Shown: positions 53,452 through 63,972 of the stretch, one piece after another | How the letters are laid out: every line of letters begins with the position of its first letter | Numbering within the stretch: the first letter of the stretch is position 1 | Assembly: GCF_001194135.2 (NCBI RefSeq) | Contig: NC_068999.1 | Coordinates: 1,113,759 to 1,177,730, forward strand | Length of the DNA stretch: 63,972 nucleotides | Source of the DNA: Octopus bimaculoides | Lineage: Eukaryota | Reading direction: 5' to 3' | The notes under the pieces: generated by a model | What the model was told of the DNA's origin: nothing | Database searches by the model: none | The model's input: the letters and a program-made list of their open reading frames with translations, nothing else | Made by a program: the position numbers and the translations under genes

Positions 53452-53823
53452 NNNNNNNNNNNNNNNNNNNNNNNNNNNNNNNNNNNNNNNNNNNNNNNNN
53501 NNNNNNNNNNNNNNNNNNNNNNNNNNNNNNNNNNNNNNNNNNNNNNNNNNNNNNNNNNNNNNNNNNNNNNNNNNNNNNNNNNNNNNNNNNNNNNNNNNNN
53601 NNNNNNNNNNNNNNNNNNNNNNNNNNNNNNNNNNNNNNNNNNNNNNNNNNNNNNNNNNNNNNNNNNNNNNNNNNNNNNNNNNNNNNNNNNNNNNNNNNNN
53701 NNNNNNNNNNNNNNNNNNNNNNNNNNNNNNNNNNNNNNNNNNNNNNNNNNNNNNNNNNNNNNNNNNNNNNNNNNNATATATATATATATATATATATATA
53801 TACAAACAGATATATATACATGG

Positions 53824-53872
<49 letters not shown>

Positions 53873-54175
53873 AATATATATCGATATTGAGTTTCCTTGT
53901 TTTATTTCATTTGTTGAGTGTATACTGTACGTTTTAATGTACTTAATGTCACAGAAGATGAAATAAATTTTACCGTGTTTGATGTTAAAACATCAATGAT
54001 CTATATGGAAATTAGAATGGCACACAATATTACTAAAAATGCATAAATTCTTGTTTTAAACCTTACTTGAACATAACAGAGAAAAATGACTTTTCTTCGC
54101 TTCTGTGCTCACATGTTGAAGTACATATAATTATATACGTTCATACATACACATATATATATACTCATAAATAAA

Positions 54176-54265
<90 letters not shown>

Positions 54266-54306
54266 TATAAATATCACATATAATGTATCAGATATCTGTA
54301 CATTCA

Positions 54307-54342
<36 letters not shown>

Positions 54343-55468
54343 CGCACACAAATATATGTATATATATATGTATGTATGTCTATGTATATATGTATATATT
54401 CAACAATATATTTCTCTATGGATTACCCCTCACAACAAGTCATGTGCTGCCATACAGTCGCAAGTATTAGCTCGTCTAATCCCACACGTGCGTATTTGTG
54501 TGTATGTGTGGTTGTGTGCGTTCACCCGACGGTGGATTAAAGAAACAATGTACAATAGATGGCCATGCCTATGTGCGTATACACATAAGCTTATGTATAT
54601 CGGATGTAGATTTTACAAAGGGAATATATATTCCAGTACATACACACGCACACACAGAGCAACACACACACGCGTGACTTTTTATATAAGTACGTCTCTA
54701 TATCCCATCACTATCTATTTATCTATCTATTTATCTATTTATCTCTCTGTATGTCTGTTTGTCTCTCTGTCTGTTTGTCTCTCTGCCTGCTTGTTTGTTT
54801 GTCTGTCTGCTTGTCTGTCTGTCTATATTTTCCTATCTATCGATCTTATTTATCTATTTCTCTATCTATCAATCTATTATCTAGCTATCTCTTTTTCCAT
54901 CTCAATAAATGTGTGAGAGCTCACGCATTATATCTATATATGAATGTGTGTAAGCGTGTCTGCGTTTGGCTATATGTATACAAAGGAGGAGAGAGTCTTA
55001 GGAAACTGAAAAATAGTCAGGAATTCTTAGAACAGTCCACAAGATGATCGCACTAAAATTGGCCCACGCCCACAGCAAAGAACCAGTTTGAACTTTTAGA
55101 GCTGACACATCCAGAGGCCGCGGAGTGAGAGTGCTATGTAAAANNNNNNNNNNNNNNNNNNNNNNNNNNNNNNNNNNNNNNNNNNNNNNNNNNNNNNNNN
55201 NNNNNNNNNNNNNNNNNNNNNNNNNNNNNNNNNNNNNNNNNNNNNNNNNNNNNNNNNNNNNNNNNNNNNNNNNNNNNNNNNNNNNNNNNNNNNNNNNNNN
55301 NNNNNNNNNNNNNNNNNNNNNNNNNNNNNNNNNNNNNNNNNNNNNNNNNNNNNNNNNNNNNNNNNNNNNNNNNNNNNNNNNNNNNNNNNNNNNNNNNNNN
55401 NNNNNNNNNNNNNNNNNNNNNNNNNNNNNNNNNNNNNNNNNNNNNNNNNNNNNNTATATATATATATA

Positions 55469-55513
55469 TGCTCCAGCATGGCCGCAGTCAAATGACTGAA
55501 ACAAGTAAAAGAG
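55469..55513 (+). mobile_element. SINE family B 3' tail, well preserved
   Basis: tgctccagcatggccgcagtcaaatgactgaaacaagtaaaagag between (AT)n tracts. Confidence 0.85.
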
Positions 55514-55619
55514 TATATATATATATATATATATATACATACATACATACATACATACATACATACATACGTACGTACATACATACACGTACATACATAC
55601 ACGTACACACATACATATA

Positions 55620-55665
<46 letters not shown>

Positions 55666-56148
55666 TGTGTGTGTGTGCAAACATACATACATAGACACAC
55701 ACATATGTAAAAGGATACTTTTAGATATCTATAATGTATTTAGTTAGACGGTGCTAACGGACACCTAACATATGGCCATATACACAGATTTCGAGAAAAC
55801 GTGTCCTAGTAAACGTGTGCTTTAAGAAGGCAATAAATACTCTATGGCTTTCGATATTCTGGATTGTTACAATCATCTGATATCAATCTCAATTTCTTAC
55901 TCTCCGGATCCCTCCTCCGTTCTGTATTCTTTATATATTGAAAAGTAGATGTAGATACACACACACACACACGCAAACACACACACACGTATATATAAAT
56001 GCACATAATTATATGTATGTATAACTAAATATGTATACATAAAATGATAACACATCCATGCAAACATGCATACATGCATACACATGTACATGCATATGCA
56101 TACATAAATATCTATCATTAAGTAGTACACACCTACATATATATATAC

Positions 56149-56182
<34 letters not shown>

Positions 56183-57122
56183 GTGTGTGTATTTATATAT
56201 ACATGTACGTATGTATATATGTGCGTGTGTGTGTGTGTGTGTGTATGCAATATATTGATCATTTGAAGTTTAAATCCAGATGGCGACAAAAATAAACGGG
56301 GAAATTATGTATTTTGTCTGAAGATAAAAGTCTAATACTCAAAAGAAACAAAGAAACAAAAACCAAATGAAGGAAAAAAACAAACACCTATATGATCTGT
56401 TAAATACGTGTCTATGCATTTATTGCATATTCCGTGATGGAATTTGATGCCAAAGTCTAATGATGCTGTTTTTTTTTTTAGGAGAGATTTCAGTTTGAGA
56501 ATTTCAGAAGCATATTCTTGCATCATAGCGGAAACATCAGCGTATGCATGTATGTTCGTGTGTGTGTGTGTGTGAGAAAGATGGAATATGTGTGTGTGAG
56601 GGGGAGTGTGTGTATGTGTGTCTGAGAAAGACTGAATATTTGTGTGCGTGTCATGGGGATTTTGAATTTTCCTGCATTGTAATGTGTACGTCTCTTAATT
56701 ATTTATGTACGATTGTGAGGCGGAGAGATCGGGTATGTATAGCTATTTATGTTGGAAAATAAACATACACACCTTACGTATATATATATATATATATATN
56801 NNNNNNNNNNNNNNNNNNNNNNNNNNNNNNNNNNNNNNNNNNNNNNNNNNNNNNNNNNNNNNNNNNNNNNNNNNNNNNNNNNNNNNNNNNNNNNNNNNNN
56901 NNNNNNNNNNNNNNNNNNNNNNNNNNNNNNNNNNNNNNNNNNNNNNNNNNNNNNNNNNNNNNNNNNNNNNNNNNNNNNNNNNNNNNNNNNNNNNNNNNNN
57001 NNNNNNNNNNNNNNNNNNNNNNNNNNNNNNNNNNNNNNNNNNNNNNNNNNNNNNNNNNNNNNNNNNNNNNNNNNNNNNNNNNNNNNNNNNNNNNNNNNNN
57101 NNNNNNNNNNNNNNNNNNNNNN

Positions 57123-57160
<38 letters not shown>

Positions 57161-57457
57161 GTATTTAACTTATACAGTTAAATTACGTATATATGTACCA
57201 ACATTCGGCGCATATGTACACGTGCATAAATATACCACAAATATTGTGTGTCTAGGTGTGTAGAGATAGAAACTTACGTGTATATATGTGTATATGTGTG
57301 TATGCGTGTGTGTGAGTATGCGGGCGGGTGTGTATGTATCTATATGTATGTATGCATATGTATATATGCACGTATGCATATATAAATAAATATATATGCT
57401 CATATGTATAGATAGATAGATCGATGGTCAGACAGACAGATAGACAGACGGACAGAC

Positions 57458-57510
<53 letters not shown>

Positions 57511-57896
57511 TAGATATAGATATATATAACTATCTATACGTACATTTGTATGTATGTATAATTGTTCATAGGGAGAGATGGCATGAGAGAGAATATGAGA
57601 AGCAGAACGCAATTCAAAGATGAAGAGATGTAAATACGGAGAGACAAACCGCTGGAAAGTTAGCTACATGTATCAATATGTTTATTTTGCTATAAATCTA
57701 TAATACCCTGATAAAGTTTGCAGCATCTACATCGTTAATATATATACGTAAATTTTAGACTCCACAAGAGAGTTGCAGATTTCAGAATTTCAAAGGCTTG
57801 TCAAAGTTTATATGTGGAAACCTATGTACACACATGGATTTATTTGCGTGTGTATATACACACATATACATGTATTCATATATACATACACATATG

Positions 57897-57942
<46 letters not shown>

Positions 57943-58594
57943 NNNNNNNNNNNNNNNNNNNNNNNNNNNNNNNNNNNNNNNNNNNNNNNNNNNNNNNNNN
58001 NNNNNNNNNNNNNNNNNNNNNNNNNNNNNNNNNNNNNNNNNNNNNNNNNNNNNNNNNNNNNNNNNNNNNNNNNNNNNNNNNNNNNNNNNNNNNNNNNNNN
58101 NNNNNNNNNNNNNNNNNNNNNNNNNNNNNNNNNNNNNNNNNNNNNNNNNNNNNNNNNNNNNNNNNNNNNNNNNNNNNNNNNNNNNNNNNNNNNNNNNNNN
58201 NNNNNNNNNNNNNNNNNNNNNNNNNNNNNNNNNNNNNNNNNNNNNNNNNNNNNNNNNNNNNNNNNNNNNNNNNNNNNNNNNNNNNNNNNNNNNNNNNNNN
58301 NNNNNNNNNNNNNNNNNNNNNNNNNNNNNNNNNNNNNNNNNNNNNNNNNNNNNNNNNNNNNNNNNNNNNNNNNNNNNNNNNNNNNNNNNNNNNNNNNNNN
58401 NNNNNNNNNNNNNNNNNNNNNNNNNNNNNNNNNNNNNNNNNNNNNNNNNNNNNNNNNNNNNNNNNNNNNNNNNNNNNNNNNNNNNNNNNNNNNNNNNNNN
58501 NNNNNNNNNNNNNNNNNNNNNNNNNNNNNNNNNNNNNNNNNNNNNNNNNNNNNNNNNNNNNNNNNNNNNNNNNNNNNTATATATATATATATAT

Positions 58595-58639
<45 letters not shown>

Positions 58640-58994
58640 AAGAGAGAGATTCATGCACACGGGTATACACACATAATTGTAAATAGTATACATACAGGAA
58701 CAAATACATGCATGTAGTCTTACATGCATTCATACATACGTATCTACACTCGCGCGCACACCACCATCCCACATATAAACACACGCACACACATATTTGT
58801 GTTTGATCGGCGCCCGATCATCATAACCATCCCCACCCAAACATTAATTACCGGATTTTCAAGAATCAACCGTTTTGGTTTTGCTTACTTGTTCTTCGTA
58901 TGAATGAGAACAGAAGATGAAAGCATGCCATCACCTCGGTTGGTTTCATATCCATTCAGTTTTCGGGTTCGGTACTTCTAAGTTCGGTAAAATA

Positions 58995-59075
58995 TCATCT
59001 CAACGTAGATTCCGAGTTTTATCTATTCCTTTTCCTACCAGATTTGGCTCCATCTGTGTTTCAGGAACCTGTTGC
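58995..59075 (+). mobile_element. Possible mariner fragment (SPDLAPSD motif)
   Basis: RFRVLSIPF then, after a frameshift, PDLAPSVF. Confidence 0.3.
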
Positions 59076-59144
59076 ACCCAGAAATCTCATTGTGACCTTC
59101 CCGCTGATATGAGAAACGAATGCCTCGATATGAATTATTCATTT

Positions 59145-59239
59145 CTTGGCGTATGCTACTGTATGTTAGTGCCTTTGCGTGTAATGGATCACTGTCGCTA
59201 GAACATGGGTTCGATTTCCGGACCAGGCGTTGTTTTGTG

Positions 59240-59243
<4 letters not shown>
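59145..59243 (+). mobile_element. Head of a third tRNA-derived SINE family (C)
   Basis: B-box ggttcgatttcc followed by ggaccaggcgttgttttgtgttct; truncated by (AT)n. Confidence 0.5.
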
Positions 59244-59290
<47 letters not shown>

Positions 59291-59499
59291 CACTTTTATT
59301 TGTTTCAGTCATTTGACTGCGGCCATGCTAGAGCACCGTCTTTAGCCAAACAAATCAATCCCAGAACTTATTCTTTGTAAGCTTAGTACTTATTCTATCA
59401 CCTGTTTTGCTGAACCGCTAGGTTACGGGGATGTTAAGACATCAACATGTGTTGTCAAGCGATGGTGGGGGGACAAACACAGACACACAAACATATATA

Positions 59500-59544
<45 letters not shown>

Positions 59545-59705
59545 GACGGGATTCTTTCAGTTTCCGTCTACCAAATTCACACACAAGGCTTTGGTCCACC
59601 CGTGGCTATATCACAAGACATTTGCCCAAGGTGCCACGCAGGACTAAACAGAAAACCATGTGATTGATAAGCAAGCTACATACCATACAGACACTCCTGC
59701 ACCTA
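59291..59705 (-). mobile_element. Full-length SINE family B
   Basis: Same layout as 18269-18681, with an internal (AT)n. Confidence 0.9.
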
Positions 59706-59742
59706 TATAGGTACGTAAATATATATACACAATAATAGGTAG

Positions 59743-59790
<48 letters not shown>

Positions 59791-59854
59791 CATACATACA
59801 TACATACATACATACATACATACATACTTGCATACATACATTATAGAAATTGTT

Positions 59855-60175
59855 AGGAATATCTTCACAAACTTATACAATACTGCACATGATTCACTCA
59901 CTACAGAACCAATGCCATTCTGTAGTTCTTCATTTCTTAACAATGTTTTAGAAGAATAACTTTGTTTCTTAGTTGAACAAATTCTCAATCCCACGTGGTT
60001 CTTTCAGTTCTTTGAGTCGTTTGAGGTCTATTCCAGGAATATTTCTAAACTAGTTAATCGTTCTCTGTCTGTGTTTGCTTGCTTGTATCAGGTTCTTTGA
60101 AGTCTTCTTGGTATAATTATTTCTTTAACTCCGAAGTTTCTTGGTCAGAATTTCTTTGAATTATAAGATACAAGC
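59855..60175 (-). mobile_element. Possible decayed R4/Dong-like relic
   Basis: KEILTKKLRS..SKNLIQAS..IDLKRLK resembles the post-RT region; its 5' side abuts (AAC)n(AAT)n at 60194-60245. Confidence 0.35.
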
Positions 60176-60207
60176 AAAAAACGTTCATATTTTTGTTGTT
60201 GTTGTTG

Positions 60208-60246
<39 letters not shown>

Positions 60247-61127
60247 TTTTCTGTTTCTTTATCATGTATTCATGGATTTTTCCCGACCCATTCTAACGAT
60301 CAATGCGACAATGTATATTTTATATAATGGAATCGTGATATAAATTTTGTCAATAATTGACTTTTTCTAAGCAAGTCAGATCCATCAAAGGGATGAACAA
60401 ATCGTTGTTATCAAACGGTAACACTATAAGCTGCGTACACCATAGTATCTGCAAAGAGTCCGTATGTTATTGAAAAGAAAAAAATGCGATAATGTCTTCC
60501 TGATTTCCATTTGAAATATACTCTGATATGATAAAAAATTTAGGCAACCAATTATATAAATGTGATGGCAATTGCACAACAGAATATTTGCGTGTGTACA
60601 TCATCGAAATGACTCTTGTAATATTTGTTTTCTTCACTTGGTACCACTGAAACACAATCACAATGGCAAATATTTACAAATATATTATCATCCTTTTTAT
60701 TTTCCTACATATTATAGTGTCTTCTCTTTGTTAACGATGTGTTTTAGCAAAAAAATCACTGTGAATGTAAGTCTATCATTTGAAACTATCGTGAGGCTCT
60801 CCAGTTATATAAACTTAGCAGTTCTTTCTAGCGTACGGAATCCCATTAGTGGATTCCTCTTATGTATTTAAATATACACTGTATCTTATGAGTAATTCAT
60901 AGTCTTTGGATTAAACTTTCATACGCTAGGCCACATGGAGGTGAAAATTTTATTAATTTCCATTTCCCCTTCATATGATTATTTATATATATATACATAT
61001 ATATGTATATATACCTATATTTACATACATACACACATATATATNNNNNNNNNNNNNNNNNNNNNNNNNNNNNNNNNNNNNNNNNNNNNNNNNNNNNNNN
61101 NNNNNNNNNNNNNNNNNNNNNNNNNNN

Positions 61128-61144
61128 GTGTGCTCTTCCGATCT
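61128..61144 (+). other. Illumina TruSeq adapter/primer remnant (assembly artefact)
   Basis: GTGTGCTCTTCCGATCT immediately after an N-run; identical to the 3' end of the TruSeq read-2 primer. Confidence 0.95.
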
Positions 61145-61147
61145 TAT

Positions 61148-61183
<36 letters not shown>

Positions 61184-61570
61184 ATACATACACATACATA
61201 CATACATATATAGACACACACATATTTAATGAGGGGGGAGAATATGGGCTTGAACATTGTACTGGGTATTTCAACTATTACAGATGGTTTTAATATTTTG
61301 TAGTACATGACATCTCAGTGTTGATGCGATCCGTTGAGGAACGTCATAAAGGCAGCATGCATAAGGAAACGCATCTCCCCACAAAGGACCGGGAAATACC
61401 CTATGTTGAATGATATCCAACTTCAAAATCCGCAGAAAGAGACGTGAATGGGAAACGGTGAGAGTTTAATGCCATTAAGGACGAGAACCGAAACCAGAAA
61501 AGCATCATTGCCGCACTCTGTGCGCATGCAGTCATAAACATATACATACATACATACATATGTATATACA

Positions 61571-61601
<31 letters not shown>

Positions 61602-62111
61602 GTGTGCGTTCGTGTGTATGTATCTATGTCCTTATGTATATATGTAGACATATGTGTGAGACTTAGCGTGCGTGTCCATGTGTGTGCATCTTTGTGTATG
61701 TGTGTATGTGTGTGCATGTTTGTATCTGTGTGCGTGTGTGCGTGTGTTATAACATATTGAGTCGGGACGGATAACTACATATTAAATTCTTTGAAAATCA
61801 GTTTACTTCTTTACATCTTTATATTTATTTTGCTGAAATATGCTCCGACATTTTTATATTTCAATCTAATGACACTTAGTACACATGTCATTCAGGATTT
61901 ACGTGACATGATAAAGTTCACAGAACTTTTAGTCTCCTACACAATATCAGAAAGAAGAGAAAACCAGCTTCTCTGAATCAACACGTTTATGACGCCTGGA
62001 GATGAAATGTTGTGTATAAATGCAATAACTCCGACTCGTCATACTGTGAATGCATAACGCACTGCATTATTTCTCGGTCTCTCTCCCTCCCTCCCTCTCT
62101 CCCTCTCTCTG

Positions 62112-62163
<52 letters not shown>

Positions 62164-62216
62164 CCTATCACCCTATCTAGCTGTCTGCCTATATCATTAC
62201 ATATACATATACATAC

Positions 62217-62275
<59 letters not shown>

Positions 62276-62568
62276 NNNNNNNNNNNNNNNNNNNNNNNNN
62301 NNNNNNNNNNNNNNNNNNNNNNNNNNNNNNNNNNNNNNNNNNNNNNNNNNNNNNNNNNNNNNNNNNNNNNNNNNNNNNNNNNNNNNNNNNNNNNNNNNNN
62401 NNNNNNNNNNNNNNNNNNNNNNNNNNNNNNNNNNNNNNNNNNNNNNNNNNNNNNNNNNNNNNNNNNNNNNNNNNNNNNNNNNNNNNNNNNNNNNNNNNNN
62501 NNNNNNNNNNNNNTACATATATATATACACACACACATATATATATACACACACACATATATATATAT

Positions 62569-62625
<57 letters not shown>

Positions 62626-62789
62626 CAGACAGAAAAAGATAGATTGTCAGACAGATAGATAGATATATTTGCACATCTATATATACAGGCATATAAATGT
62701 ACGTGTATAATTTTCTTCTTTATATATCTTTAAGTCATTTGAGTGCGGCCGATTGATCGTCATTTCTAAATTGAGACCATGTACCGTCC

Positions 62790-63513
62790 TATGACAGTGA
62801 ATTCCGGAATGCAGCATTAGTATTGAACAAGATACACACACACAGTGTCGTATGGACAGAATAGGCTAGCATGGAATATCCAAAGATGTTTCCAAAGTCA
62901 TGATGACTGTTGTGTACATCACTTTATGTCAGAGATAAAATGACAAACCATGCAGTGAAATAATCCCCCCCTAACCTCCTTCACCTCCAGGGAAAGTGTT
63001 GGCCTCAGTTTATTTTGTTTATGCAAAGGACCTTGTATATATTGAGCCTCTGCAAATGGGCCACACGATCAAAGGAGAATAATGTACCAACTTGCTGATA
63101 CAATTAATGAAAGCTATCAAGAGCAACCGCCCAGGAAAACTGATGAATGGAGAATTTATTCATCAGGACAATGCCCCAGAACTCAGGACATTCGTTTTAT
63201 TGGATGGTGTGCATTGATATAAACTGGTTGATTTCCCTCCATATTCGCTTGATTCGGTCCCGTCTAACTATCATTCTAACTATCATTCCCCAAGACGAAA
63301 AATCATTTGGCTGGGAACCAATAACGTCTGCAGTTGATGAGTCTTTCCAACAACAGGAGGAAAACTTCTTCACCAATTGTATCCAGGAACTGAAACATGG
63401 ATGAAAGAATTGTGCGCGGCGCAAAGAAGAATATGTTGGAAAATCAACCTCATTTGGTCACATTCCATTTGAGTACCATGATCAGCCTAAAAACCTTTTC
63501 AACCAACCCTCAT
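62790..63513 (+). mobile_element. Decayed mariner (DD34D-type, irritans-like) transposon with right terminus
   Basis: VHHFMSEIK*QTMQ*, GKVLASV, KAIKSNRPGKL, HQDNAP, PPYSLDSVPSNY, FFTNCIQELKHG*KNC..EYVGK; terminus aaccctcata; multiple stops. Confidence 0.9.
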
Positions 63514-63514
63514 A

Positions 63515-63790
63515 GTTTCTATCAATCTGCCAATCTCAATGTTAAAATCCTTCAAAACCTTACACTTCTCACATCGTAGCACAATACTAGCTTCATGTTC
63601 ATACCAGTTCTTAGCATGGTCAAATCATGGCTTTCTGCATAATTCTCAGTAGATTATTCTCATTGTTTCCATGTCTTATCTTGGACTCCTTCTGTGGCAG
63701 CATACATTCACTGACGCAAATGGTTAACGCGGCTAACAAATTCTTTCTCACTTTACAGCTTTCTTCCAGCGACCACAATAATATCTCACT
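63515..63790 (-). mobile_element. R4/Dong-like relic (knuckle to start of RLE)
   Basis: VSECMLPQKESKIRHGN, then after a frameshift HAKNWYEHEASIVLRCEKCKVLKDFNIEIGRLIET. Confidence 0.75.
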
Positions 63791-63868
63791 ATGAGATCTT
63801 ACATGCAAAAACCTTCTCTCTCCCTCCCTCTCTTTATCTCTATCTCTCCGACTGTCTGTATATATATT

Positions 63869-63899
<31 letters not shown>

Positions 63900-63972
63900 G
63901 AGTGTGCAAGTATGTGTACGTATATAAATATATATACATATACATATACATGCATATATATATATATGTATA

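Overview
AT-rich, microsatellite-saturated, gapped (14 N-runs, about 6.8 kb) eukaryotic DNA that appears almost entirely non-coding. The SINE families resemble those I recall from Octopus, so a coleoid cephalopod is the likely source (from memory, not searched). No intact protein-coding gene, tRNA, rRNA or CRISPR array is supported; nearly all listed ORFs are translations of simple repeats or N-runs. Supported content: two main tRNA-derived SINE families, several decayed R4/Dong-like (RLE) non-LTR relics, an L1/Tx1 fragment fused in frame to a mariner fragment, Tc1/mariner relics, a probable RTE 5' end, and Penelope-like terminal repeats with decayed minimal type I hammerhead motifs. There are also three phase-compatible candidate minus-strand exons (one an 18-nt microexon) and an Illumina adapter artefact at 61128-61144. 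I found no clearly new biological system; the hammerhead-like motifs, the L1-mariner fusion and the microexon are the best leads.
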